Of a DNA stretch of 64,000 bases, positions 39,713 through 53,500 are shown one piece after another. The stretch covers positions 1 through 64,000 of the forward strand of contig CT868496.1 in assembly GCA_000165425.1 (NCBI GenBank), read 5' to 3'. This DNA comes from Paramecium tetraurelia. Taxonomy: Eukaryota. A program made the translations under genes and the position numbers. The notes beneath the pieces are model-generated. The model saw only the letters and a list, made by a program, of their open reading frames with translations. It was not told the DNA's origin and did not search any database. Position 1 is the first letter of the stretch. Each line of letters starts with the position of its first letter.

Positions 39713-41304
39713 TCAACTTAACATTTCAACATTGTTGCATGATATCAATTTTTAACCAGGGCCCTGAATTGGAAGTTGCACTGGCGAAACCGAAAAATCA
39801 TCTTCAGTATCATCTAAATCTGACTCCTCATAAAAAATGTTAAGGAGAGCTTCCCTCTTCAAGCTTCCTGAATTTTCCTCCTTTATTCTTCTATAACACA
39901 GAGAGATATCAGGCTTGGATAATTAAATATTTATATGCAGCATTATTTGTTCGAATTTATCCAAGCTGATTTCTTAGTCTTATGCAATATCATACTACCT
40001 TAACGTGAAATGAGATTACCTTATTGAATAATTGTATAATTGATATTGAATTCAACCTTATCCGCGCGATCAGAGCATTCAATATAGTATCCACTTTGGA
40101 CTATTCTTGTTACTTCGATCTTGCAGGACTCATGTCCTTTGAGTAAGATTAAAGTGCCTATCAAAATTATCGATTTACATTGTTTACTTAATTTTATCCT
40201 AACCAAAACAACACACATTGTAATGGTATAGAATCTGAATTGAAATGACTCAACTGACCAAAAATCAAATGAGCATCCTCTGATGTAAACTGTTTATCAA
40301 TTGAAATTAGTAATAGTTCAAGATCTTTAATTTTAAGTTGATTTCCAATTGAATTATTTTAAATTAATTAATTTATGTTCAATTTTCTCATTTTAATGAT
40401 ATTTTTGATTTGCATGATTATTTATTGAAAGTTCTGATCCATCCTTTTAATTGGGTTTTATCGAAATATGTTATGACTCAAAATATCGATCCAATCTATT
40501 CTTTCTTTTTCATTGATTTATAAACAATTCCGAATAAATGATTTGCTTATATCACTAACTTTTGGTTACTTAGGAAACCTCAGAGGTTGCTCTTAGATTT
40601 CTTTAAGTAATTAAGAAGTTGTCTCATGATACCAAGGAGCTACTCAATAATCAGGTTCTTTTTACTTGCACCATATAAACATTCGTAAAATAAGATTCCT
40701 ATAGACCAAATGTCACATTTATTTGTATAACTACTATTTTATTGGACCTGTGGACTCATATACAAAGGTGTCCCAACACGTGAATTCAGCATCCTCTATT
40801 TGGAAAATTGAGTTGCCATACCAAAATCTCCAAGTTTAAATACTCCATTGCTATTCAAGATATTTTCGGGTTTGATATCTCTGTGTACAATTCCATTCTT
40901 CAATAATATTTGGTATCCACAAAGGATATCATGTAAAATTCTTATGGCCTCCTACTCCTCCAATTGTTTTTGCTTCAATATCTACCTTAGATCCCCTTAT
41001 TAACAATATTCTTAGATAAGATAATAGTTTTGCTGGTTTTCACAAACATCAAGTAACCTCACTATGTTTTTCGAATGAAGTTTTCTCAAAATTGTCATTT
41101 CATTGGCCAAAGCCTACAGTTAATACGATTATCTTATAATACAAATAGATGTTACCCTGCCAAATTTGCCTTTTTCATGATTTTTATGGCGACTTCTCCT
41201 TAAGTACTTTAGTTTATGCCTCTGTAAACACACCCAAAACTGCCCTTTCCAATTATATGATTTGTGTTATAGAAATAATGTTCGATGCTCTTGTCCTATT
41301 ACAT
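39713..41304 (-). CDS. Ser/Thr kinase (ULK-like ciliate group) with degenerate C-terminal EF-hands
   Basis: IGKGSFGCVY, VAIK, HRDIKPEN, DFG, VGTPLYMSPQ, DIWSIG; tail YDIAQDQEISLDKF. Confidence 0.9.
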
Positions 41305-42093
41305 TGGCAGATATTTTTACTATATATAATATAAAAAACAAAAGTAAATTAGATTTGAGTAACAAGAAAAACGTATTCAATAAACAATCAACCCCCCTTT
41401 ATTGTTATTGCATTACTAATACTACAGAATCTATGAAACAACGATAAATAGTTTGAATTTCTTGTTGATTTCAGAATAACCTTTCGAACTTGAAATTTTG
41501 TCAACAATAATAAAATAGAAATAATAGATTATTAAATATTCATCATTTTAGTTATTTACATTATTCGAGCATTACCTAGACATTTCTTAATCCTGCCCAA
41601 TATCCTAATTTTAATAACTGTCATTCTAATAAAATGTCATGTCATAAATTAAATCATAATAATTAAATAATAAATATTAATTATCATTGTAATATGTTAT
41701 AATTAATTAATCATTATGTTATAATTTTAGAGTTGGCAAATCAATATTTGTAAATTTCAGTCTTATTTTAATAACAATCATTTTAACTAATCCATTAATT
41801 ATAATATTGTAGAATTTTATCAAACAATCCTAGCTATGAATTCATAATATTTAAGCAAATAATAACCTATTGAATTCCTAATAGTATTATATACTGGATC
41901 CATTTTAATCATAAATATTTATCATTTATTTATAAATTATAATATAAGATCCTTCAACATATTATATTATCGAATAATATATGCCTTTTCTAGATCTGTA
42001 GTGTTATGATTAGGTATATATATTTTTGTGAAATGAGCCTTATTATAATTCTATAAAAGAAATTTATAAATAAAAAATTAATAATATTTTGGA

Positions 42094-42450
42094 ATGGACA
42101 GAGATGATTTGATAATTTCAGATCTGATTCGCAAGGTCGTGAAGACTAATTCTCATTAAAGCAACGAACCTGAAATGGAAGAGACTAAGGAAGGTGGCGA
42201 CACGAATACTTCTGTATCTGAGGAGGAGGGTGAAGAACACTAATCAAGTTTAATGGATTACACATTTGAATCTGGTCCAAGTTTAAATTTCATTACCGAA
42301 TACTCGTCAGTGATATGGCAGGACGGTTTGATGATCAGTAATTAAAGTTCAGATTCTTCCAGCTCAAGCTCAAGTTCAAGTTCGAGTTCTTCATCTGAGA
42401 GTGAGGATGATGAGGAAAGGAAAGAAAACATGTCTGTATCAAATTCTTGA
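42094..42450 (+). CDS. Small acidic Ser-rich protein (118 aa)
   Basis: Complete ORF MDRDDLIISDLIRKVV... with poly-Ser and acidic runs. Confidence 0.8.
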
Positions 42451-42831
42451 ATGATATATATATTATTTTATCAGCTTTTATCATGCAAAAACAGATTCAT
42501 TATGGTATCTGTAGATTTTACTCAATTCCAGCAAATATGATTGCAATGGATATTACAGTATATTGATGTGTATATATAATGTTTCAAAGTTCAATTATCA
42601 TTGAGCAAATTGAATTGGAAGCTATTGGAAGCTATTTGAAGTTATATGAGTGTGTAGATTAGAATTTTACTATCCTTATGTTTAATAGAAATAGTTTAAG
42701 ATCTAGATGATTTTTAGATGATTTAAATGAATTTGATGAAGATTAGAAGTCTCACTATTAAAATGCATATTAAATTTGGCTTATACCAATATTTGAGCAG
42801 CATCCTATTTAAATTTTTTAATTTTTAATTA

Positions 42832-43361
42832 ATGGAAGGTGGTGGAGCTGTTTAATAAGTTGTCGTGATTGATAAGATATAAATATTATTGAATAAGATT
42901 TCTGCATATAACAATTTAGCAGAGAGCAAGGGAAAAGGAATTTGTCCAAATATTTTTATAAGGTAAAAATATTTATAGCATTCCTAGGCAGCAAGATATA
43001 ATGGAGAAATTATTGATTCTGCAAAGCATGGGAGTGAATGACGAGATATTTGTGATGGGGTTTATTTTGGTCGATCGACTGACAACAATGAACGAGTTTT
43101 ATCTCAACCGAAGAAATATTTACAAGTATCTACTAACAATTATGTTTGGAAAGCCTTCTTATGACAGCCTTGATTCTGTGTCTGAAGATGTATGACGATA
43201 ACCAAACAGTTTCTAACACCTACCCAATCATTTTTGAAACCAATAGAGTGAGCCTTAAGAAAATGGAGAAAAAATTCTTGAAGCTGACAAAATATCAACT
43301 GTATGTGAAAACAGAGGAATTTTACAATTACAGAGCGCGGTTGCTAAAATTAAAAGAATGA
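42832..43361 (+). CDS. Cyclin, PHO80/cyclin-P(U)-like
   Basis: FILVDRL...LNRRNIY..LLMTALILCLKMYDD...N....LKKMEKKFL....QLYV. Two short introns. Confidence 0.85.
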
Positions 43362-43414
43362 ATTGTTTGCACATAACAAAACACTCCATTTACAGACATA
43401 AATTATATAATAAT

Positions 43415-43775
43415 TCATTTAATATATTCACTTAATTACTTTTAATTTTTAATACGAATTTCCAACACCTTAAGATAGCTTTCCATATTTTAAGTGCCTC
43501 TGCTAATGGCTTTTATATGTTCTGTATGAGCCTCTATTAATCCTTCAAATTCCACATATTTCATGTCTAATTTGTTGATTTAATTAATAATATCATCAAC
43601 TTCTTGATCCAATGCCACTAATTAATTGATAGTTTCCTTTTATTATTCATTCAATTTCTTTTCAAGGACATTTACTATTTCTTCAGGATTCTTATCTAGA
43701 TTAATGATATCATCATTATACTAAACTTGCTAGATTGAATTCTTATTCTAATGATTAAAGTATTTCTGAGTTCAT
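43415..43775 (-). CDS. ~110-aa coiled-coil protein resembling the Sec3/Vps52 N-terminal coiled coil
   Basis: One ~31-nt intron. LEKKLNEQQKETINQLVALDQEVDDII...LEIRIKNQKQLSEYIK*. Confidence 0.7.
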
Positions 43776-43813
43776 AAATGTAATATTTTATATATTTATC
43801 GTTTTTTAATTGG

Positions 43814-44955
43814 ATGATTAAATAAGTTATATGGGCATGTCTATTATTAGCATGTATAGCAGTAGAAGATGGCCGTTATTTCGAATATATGGAGGTAAAT
43901 ATCCATATGAGTATGATCAATAGATCGACAAAGATGATTTCGGCAAGACTTTGATTGATACATTGGAAATTAATATCTCAGGTGGACAATCATTGGAGAA
44001 AGTAGTTGATTTAATGCGTGATTTGGAAGGTTAAATAGACACTGAATAAAAGGATGATGACATTACTAATCAATAATTTTAAAAGAAATGTGATGAAGTA
44101 TAGACATATACTTATTTATAGGATTTGACTAATTAAGACAGCGAGATCAATTAAACATAACTAGCAATTGTAGAGAAATAAGGCAAATTGGATGAATTGA
44201 AGAATGCATAATAAAGAAAGAAATAAATTGCTAATGCTAAGGATTAATGGTTGAAATAAATTTAAGAATTAATATCTTAGAAATAAACTATAAGAAATCA
44301 AGAATAAGATAGGTATGAATAAGAGATGAATGAAAATTCATATGTTATTTCTGTGATTTCTGAAGTTAAAAAGAAATTTACTTTAAGTGGAATAAATTTG
44401 ATTTAAATTAACAACCATGAGTCATTGATGGATGATCTAGAGAATGCTGTGGATGAAAGTAGGAATTTCAGATAGAATACAAGATATTAAGAATTGTTTG
44501 GATTATTTGTTTAAGTTGCAGCCAAAGTCAAAAATGAGGGTGCAGATAAATTGAAATCCTTGTGTGACTAATTATTAATCAATGTTTCTGACAATATGTC
44601 TTTAGTAAGAAAGTAGGAAGATAAAAGAAAGGAAATATTTGAAAAGGAGATTTCATCTTTACAAAAGGATTTATAATTAGTACAAAGTGATAAATCAATG
44701 ATTGATGCAGGATTAGAATAATTAAATAATCAGATCTCTATGGGATAAAACGATTTGACAGATTACAATGCCAGAATTGAGAGCAAAAAATAAACTAAGG
44801 AAGATAGAAGAAAAGAATGCTCTTAGGCTGCTTATGAATACAAGTCAAGTAGAGAGTAAAATGATAGAAAGAGATAATTAGTTTCTCAAGTTATCGGATT
44901 ATTCAGTGCTAATTAGAGGGAATTTAAAGAATATCTGAGAATTAGAAACGATTGA
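43814..44955 (+). CDS. Trichocyst matrix protein-like precursor
   Basis: Signal peptide, IDKDDFGKTLIDTLEI...EQKDDD...C, NLIQ processing region, C-terminal EC...Y...R. Two short introns. Confidence 0.88.
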
Positions 44956-45548
44956 GATTTATAAGTCTAAAATATTTCTATTATTTTAATAAGTACTAAT
45001 TGATATTAATCTAATAATGATCATCTGTGGTTAGAATCTCAATATTATTCTTGGTTTCATCCTATCATAATTTTGTTATAGGCTATTATTAAATTCCTAA
45101 AATAATTAACCAATTATATCAGATGCTTTTTATAGCCTTATAGCATCATTTATTAAAATAATAACGAAAATCTAAGAACTCTTGCTACAAGTAACCAACC
45201 TCATAAACCATTCCTATTATCTTATATATAATGAAATATATTAGTTTTAAAAGATCTATATTATTAAAACTCTACATAGATTTGTCCTTTAATATTTCAA
45301 AATTATGTTAAAAAATTCATAAAAAAAATAAAATTGCTTTAAAAATGTTACTATGGTTTCACAAAGAAGATGAGACCCTTCATTAATTTAGATTTGTAGT
45401 GAATTATTAAAATTAACAATATTTATGGAAGTATATAAACAGTTATAAAGACTAAACTTATTAATTAGTCTGGTTAATCAGGATAATGATTGTTAAATGA
45501 GTGTATTAATTTATTGAATAATCATAATTATTAATTTATCTATTTAAG

Positions 45549-48045
45549 ATGTTTATAAACAATACAAACTATTTGCTAATGGGATTATGTTCAAAAGATC
45601 TAATATATTGCATACTCAATCAATCTAAAATTCCAACAATTGTAAATTTGATTACTTTAACCATTCTAATATGTAAAGAATCACATCTTTATTCAAGTTT
45701 AACAATTATTGAAGATCAAATTTCGAACTTCTCACTCTGAAATCATCCTCTCATTTATCTATAACATTATATCCATAACATTATTTGGAACTTAATCCAT
45801 TTGGTAAGCCTACTATGTTATGAACATATTCCAAAGGGTCGATTGCTATTTTCTTGCTTCCTTTCCAATTATAATTTACTAATTAGTCCTAGAAGTAATT
45901 GAATATCAAGTGATTGAACCAAAGACACTTGGCTTTTAAGTTTCTTCAGCTTCAATCATCTTTATATTCTAGTTTTATAGTTTTTTCTAATAAAATGATG
46001 TAACTTCGGTTGCAGAATAAGTTATCATCAAGTAATTATTGGAAAATAGTTATATAAAGATTTTCACAAAAAATTTAGAAGATTTAACACCCAATATATT
46101 ATTAAGTCAGAACACTTCGGCTTAAACCATTTTCACCACTCGAAATAAATTCGAAAACTAGGAATTAATTCCGAATTCAGTGAACAAGGAACTTAAAATT
46201 AAAAGTTTTCTAAATAGCGACATCCAATTAGAGGAATCAGCTGACTCAGAAATAGAGAGTCCAAATAAATACCAAACCTTCAAAAACCTGAGGGATTTTA
46301 TCATTAGTTTTGTTTCAAATTAGTAAACTTAAAATACAGATAATTTAATTGTAGCTTCTGAAATTGACATAGATTCTGGTAAGAAACAAAAGTTCAAGGT
46401 TATTATCAATACAGAAATTCAAAGGTACTACATAATAGCCTTTATCAAAATCGATTCTGCTATTGTAAGAAAATAACGTAATTCAATAGCAAAATTCAAA
46501 ACAAGATTGGCCAATAATTTTACTCATAAGTTAAAAACTTCTCTTAATTCAACACTAGCATATTTATCAAATGCTACTAATGATAGAAATGTAGATAAGC
46601 ATGTCTTATAATCTTATATCCATCCCTCATACATTCATTCAAAAATATAGTTATATTAAGTATAAGATTTACTCGATTATCTCAATAAAGATTAAGATTA
46701 AATTGGATTGCAAGTAACCAAATTTAACCTTCAGTAATCTCTAAGTTAAATATATGAATTTATCGAGTATTAATGCAAAGTTAAAAATATTACTGTTAAA
46801 TTTTTGATAAATGGAAATGATTGGAAATTGCAAGAAAAGTAAACTTCAATATATAATTTTAGTTAATTTTATCTTTATTCAGATTGTCAAAAATTTGAAA
46901 GGGTTTTATTCAATTTAATCAACAATTCATACAGATTTGCTCCTTTAAATGGAGAATTAACAATTGATCTAGTCTATGATTCTGCAAATAATAAGTTACA
47001 TGTAAAAATCAATGACAGCGGAGAAGGAATACCAGAAGATTAACTCAATTTAATAAATACTCATGCATAATTATAAAATAAGTTTAATGTTACTAATAAA
47101 TATGTATCTGCTAAAAATAAGTCTAAATTTGGATTAACTTTGCAGATCACGAATAAATTAATATATATGTTGAGTGATTCAAACTGTTCCTTGTAAGTCA
47201 AAAATGATAAACAATAAGGAGGATGTAGTTTTGAGTTCTTTATTATTATTAATTCTACATCCACAGAATGAATAGTATACTCGAAAAAGTACTCTAATTA
47301 TATTAAGGAGTCTAAACAATCGTCAATCAGGTAACAAAATAAAATAAACCGTTCTTCTAAATCCTCTTCTTAAAGATCAATTTTGACTAGGAATCAATTC
47401 TTTGATCCAATAGAAGATGAACCAAAGCCTCTAAAGCCTAGATTGTCGAGAACCTATTAAATTCACGAGTCACGATATTAGAATAATCAAATAAAGAGGC
47501 CAACTCTATCCGGCATACGGGATCTGTAATTATCTCATGTACTTGATCCGATCAATTTAAATGGAACCCCAAATCATCAGGACAATCGTTTCATATTGAT
47601 AGTGGATGATGAACCCTTTAATCATAACACATTAACTCTAATGCTTCAAAAATTGGGTCACAAATAATTCCTATATAGTTTTAATGGATAGGAGTGTATT
47701 GATAAGGTTAAGCAAAATCCCTTGGGCATAAAGACTATTTTTATGGATTTAGATATGCCAATTATGGGTGGATTGCAAGTAAATAATTGATATATTAGAC
47801 AGGCTACTTAAATACTGATTAAGATGATGACTGAGGGGAAAATAGACTATATACCAATTATAGGTTGTACTGCTCATGACGATTTTGAGACACAAATAAA
47901 ATGTCTGAAGATTGGGATGGCTCACGTGGTGACTAAGCCTGTTTTTATAAAGAGCTTACAGGAGGCTTATCGATAGATTAGAGAAGAACAAATAATCTAA
48001 GAACATCGTAGTGTTTAAATTTCAAATTCATTAGATAAATATTGA
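45549..48045 (+). CDS. Hybrid sensor histidine kinase/receiver (TM-HisKA-HATPase-REC), atypical H-box
   Basis: FTHKLKTSLN, ERVLFNLINNS, NDSGEGI; receiver ILIVDDEPFN...FMDLDMPIMGG...IIGCTAH...TKP. The 5' exon structure is approximate. Confidence 0.88.
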
Positions 48046-48188
48046 AATTTACACTCTTTTTATAGTCTTTCTTATGAAAAATTAATATATATATTAGTTA
48101 ATTAAAACATTATTTCAATATTTTAATAAATCAATCTTCAATATTAATAAAAACTGTTTTTAATTCTCCAAATTTAATTATTTAGTTC

Positions 48189-50538
48189 ATGAATTTTTAA
48201 TTTATTTCAATATTTATGTTATAGGTGTCATAAATGGGACACGACTTTTATAATTGGGTGCTTAAACCAAAATTTGATATTGATTCTGATTAGTGGAATC
48301 CTCTTCTTTTTTACTTTACGTATTCTATTTAAACATTATAAATAGTCATTTACCTCACAATTATTAAAAACAATAAATACATTTACCTCTCCTATGCTAT
48401 TGGGTGTTGCTTTATTGGATATCGAGTGTATTTTTACGGTTCTGCTTAACTTTGGTCCTCATTTCAACTGCTAAATTCAAATTTCAAGAGAAATAATCAT
48501 TTGTAATTAGTTTGTTACATTTTATCACTACTCACATTTGTACTCGTATACAGTTTGCAATATGATGGTTTTTTAAAATTGAGTATGGCCAGTGAAATAT
48601 TCTAATGTTTAAGTTATATGATTTACATAATATATACGAAGAAAGACAATAAACAAAATTTAAAGATGGTTCAAGGCCTGTTGCTGAACGAAATTTAAAA
48701 AAATTGCTTCTTAAAAATTTTCGATAAAAATAGATAATTAATATTTACTTATCCAACAACAGGTGAAACACAAAAGCTATCCTTTGAAAATAATTACAAA
48801 GTCTACATGGATTAAGAGTTGAGCAGCTCTCCTTCTAATCAAAAGTCCTTCAATAGAACAAAAACCTTTCATACCACCGAAGATTTCATAACTTATTTGG
48901 AAACTGAGGATAATCTTGATAGTTTACACTTTAATTGGTATTTGGCAACAATCACTGATTAACAAACTAAGATAAAGACTAAATACCGTGTTACTCAATA
49001 AAAAACCAATGATGATTTGATTGTCCTATATTTTATGAGAATTGATCCCACTATCTCAAAGAAATCTAATGTCAAATTTATGCATCTCAAAAAGGATATT
49101 TCCAATATTTTTACTCATAAACTGAAAACACCATTGAATGCCGTACTTGGACATTTAACATAAGCCTATTATGATCAAGATGTGGATATGAAAATACAGA
49201 ATAACTATATTAAACCTGCTTATGTAAATTCGAAATTACAATTATTTTAAATTCAAGATTTGCTCGAATATCTGAATTCAGATTAAGAAGCATCCTCTTT
49301 GTAAATATGCAAAATCAATTTGAAAACCCTCTTTATATCATTACAAGAGTTGATCCAGACATAATGCTCAATGAAAAACATACATTTATTATTCACTATT
49401 AATGACATTAAGTATAATAAAATGGATAAGTAAATTATATTCAAATTAATTTAGGATCTGTATCTATTCTGATGTTCTAAAACTTGAAAGAGCCCTATTC
49501 AATTTATTAAATTTATCTTATAGAAACACTACCTAAAATGGAATCATCTCCTTAAATGTAACAATAGATAAAGATGCAGAAGATGCCTCATTCTAAATAT
49601 CAGATATGGGAATGGAATTGTCATAAGAAGAAATAGATGACATAAACTAATCGATTGTTTGTTATAATTTATTCAAGGTTTCTAAGAAGAAATCCCATTA
49701 TTAATAAGAGATGTTAACAACTCTGTCATTAACAAGCAAATTGATAAAGTCTTTGAATTAATTCAATAACTAATCTTTAGAATTATGTTAAACAGAAAAC
49801 AGCGGTATTGTATATAAATTTAAAATTAACATCAATAGAGAAAGATCGGCTGATAGTTCTCTTGAATAATACAAAATTGGATACATTTTAAAACAAAGAA
49901 GTTGTAGATTACTGCATACTCATCATAATATCTCTTAAAAATCGATATTTTCCGGATAAGATTTAAGCATTCCAATTCTTGAGGACTCAATTGATGAACC
50001 TTCTGCCAATACTCCAATCATTGTGAAAATGAGTTTGCCATCTAAGAGAAGTTAGCAGCAACAGAGATAAATATCGGATCAGCCATAATAGTTATCTTAA
50101 ACATAAATTGATTAAACAAAATCAATTCTGATTGTAGACGATGAACCATTTAATCATGATACATTAATTTTGATGTTAAAATCTTTGGGATTTCAGAGTT
50201 TTTTTAAAGCTTTTGATGGACAACAAGCTATTAATATAGCCATTGCAAAATAGAATGAAATTCATGTTGTGTTTATGGATCTTGACATGCCGATTATGGG
50301 TGGCATAGAAGCAACCAAATTTTTAGTAGAAGAGATGATGAAACTCAATATGCCATATTTTCCTATAATTGGGTGTACTGCCCATGGAGATGCCGATTCA
50401 ATTGAATAATGCATATAAGCTGGTATGCTTCACGTGGTTGTGAAGCCCGTATTTATAAAGAATTTGAAGGAAACTTTCAATTTGATTTCGGATCATCCTT
50501 AATAGACTTATAATCGCATAGGATCACTGTAATTTTGA
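48189..50538 (+). CDS. Second, tandem hybrid histidine kinase/receiver with degenerate ATP lid
   Basis: FTHKLKTPLN, ERALFNLLNLS, SDMGMEL; receiver ILIVDDEPFN...FMDLDMPIMGG...IIGCTAH...VKP. The start is approximate. Confidence 0.88.
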
Positions 50539-50574
50539 TGAAAAACAAAAGTGTATTATAATATAATAAATTCA

Positions 50575-53500
50575 TCACAATAATTGGCCCCCAATACTTT
50601 TTTATAATCCTTATCTGTCTGTTATGATTCTACTATGCAATTTTGAGTCTCTTTGATCAGTAAATATTAACATTGATCCAGAACAGTTAACTCCTAGCTT
50701 TTGTTCCCTCGATTTAAAGAGGTGATCATTCGACTTTAAGAGATGATCAGGGCTTTACATTTAAATTACTGATTCATCCTATTGTAAATCCAAAAAGTTC
50801 TTTTTCCTTTGGGATTAAAGGGATTCCCTAAGTGCCCTAGTGACTTTTCTGAATTTCATTGAAGATGTGCTACTTTGTTTTGGGGAGAAGAGTTTTTTAC
50901 AAAAAGACAATCGCATAAACATAGGGAATTTGAGCTTTAGATAGTCTTTAATTTTGTTAATCAGAATTTGATTTTTGTAAGTATATTCTGAGATGATCTT
51001 GCTAAAGATGTAGTATAAAAATGTGCAATTGACTTCCAAAATGATGACGTAGAATATGTAGATGTAATTTCTCATTACAGTCAGTAACATTTGATATGAG
51101 GATGCTCCCAATACAATACTAATGGATAGTACTTTTGATCCAAAATCTTCCATTTAATTCAAATTCTTAGTTTTGAATGGCTAATACGATTTGGTTAATG
51201 ATTAATACCCTTGAATCAATAAAAATACCATTGTAGCTTTGAGTACTATGTATTGATCAAAGAGAGTAATGATAATAATAACTAGATTCTTCATTCCCAA
51301 TCTTACTATCTCCCAAAAGTAGGCGTTTTCATTAAATTCAGAAAACAAGTAACCCCAAGTAGATTTAATTTTGTTCAAGTCATCTTTATTTTTATACAGT
51401 TTTATAAACATGAGCAGAGGAATTACAATGGACAATGAAAATAAAATTGGAAAAGCCAAAATAGCCGAAACATAGAAGTTTTTATCATATCTATAAGAAA
51501 CATCGCCAATTACCCAATAATATCCTGAAATTTAACGAAATCCTATTATTGAAATCAAAACTCCAATCATACTTGGCTGCATAGTGACAAATGTCTAGAG
51601 TAAAATGATGGCTGATACACTTTGTTTGTATTGTTACTTTCTTGCAAAAATGATGAACATATATAAGAAAAATACGAAACCCAAGTAAATGAGGGGTGCC
51701 AAAATAATCCAAATTATTCGCGAATGTAAAATGTCGTAAGGTATGGTCATCAAAAAACAATCAATAGAATTTTCTAGAGATTTTGTTTGCGAACCTACAC
51801 TGCTTATTGCTATACTAACCAAATTTGGAAATTATAATTAGAAAGTTGTTAAAGTAGATATAATTTACAAATAATGGAACAGCATCTTATACAATGAACT
51901 TGATTCCTGTTGTTCAGAGTAAGTCTTCAATCCTCCTTTTTTCAATTTACTTCTTAGCAATTCCAACTTTAAATTCTCCAGAGAACTATTCACTGATATC
52001 ACCATTGAAATCATTGTCCATAAAGCCACGATTAATAAGGAAAAATAGGCCAGATTGGAATCTTAACACTAAAAGCAATTCATATTTGATTTAAAAAATG
52101 ATCCTTGTCCTCTTACATCATAAATATCACAAGTTTCACAAAGAGCTCCAAAACTTCCTTATATACATGAGTCAGGTCCTGCAACCCAACCTCCTAGACA
52201 CTTTTCAGAACTTATGATACACGGGTAGATTATATCATTATCGTAATATGGTCTCCAGTAGGTGGGTTTAATTTCAATATTTGATGGGATAACACTCTCA
52301 ATCATTTCTTGGTCTCCCACTGAACATTTAAGACTATTTTCTTTTAAAGAGTATGTTTGAGATACACATTACACACATATTGATTTAGTCAAAACCTCAC
52401 CTCTTTAGCATGGGAAGGATTTTACATTGATGATGATAGAATAATTATTATGAAATTGTAGAATATGCTAAAACTGACTATCATAAATAGGAATCTTAAT
52501 GGAATCGCACCTTATTTCAATTTGTAAATCTTCATTTATTAGAAGTCTAAGATTGTCTAAATTATAATCTTGAGTAGTCATATTGAATTAGACATTATCG
52601 ATAGATAGATGTTCTGATGAAAAATCTAATTATTTTTCCTACATCAGTCTACTCCTGACACTACATTGAGTATCTGATAGATTGTATTATCGTTCATTGT
52701 AGGCATTTTAAGGAACTAATCTAAATTTGTAATTTAAATTATTGTAGGTTTCAAAATTGGAAACATAACTTAATTAATTTCCTAATCCATGTTCCGTCAA
52801 GTTTTCTTCTAAAATTTAGTAATTTTATATTTCCACATTATTAGGTAACATAATTTCATTAATAACTTCCTCTATCAAACAAGTGTCATTTTTATAACTT
52901 ACTTTATTCTCAAACATTCTGAAAGTGTCCAATGATAACGCTAATTTCGATGGTTATGATTACAAATTCCCAACCATAGAACTCTCTTGATTATCCAAAA
53001 TTACATTCCTTCTATTCTTTTGAATTGACAAAGGATTAGTAGAGTAAATACCTGCTCCAGCTGCTGCTCTATTTCCTATTATCTTCGAATCTGTCATTTC
53101 CAAAGATCCATCATTCAAATAAATTGCTCCTCCAATGACAGCAGTATTATTTTAAAATAACACAGAGTAACAGGAAATGGATACTCCAGCCGCTAAAATG
53201 CAACCACCATTTACTCCTTTATTTTATATAAATTATGTGTCTTTAATTAAGATTTCTCCAATTCTAGTGACTAAATCATTAGCATAAGTGAAAAGTAATC
53301 TATTTTAATAAGTCTTTTGTATGTTTAAAATTGAACTATTTCCAACATTCTTTATGAATTTTGTTTGTTAAATTACAACACGGTTATTTGTTTCAATATA
53401 AAAGATATTACATAAAGTACATTAAATATCAGAAAAAATAACAGAATTAATCTACACTTCAGATTCAATGTTGGACAATTGAAAAATGTCGTAAGTTTAG

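Noticed and set aside
42614..42643. Three copies of a 10-mer (ATTGGAAGCT, last copy degenerate)
   Set aside because: Short slippage repeat with no spacers; not CRISPR-like or telomeric.
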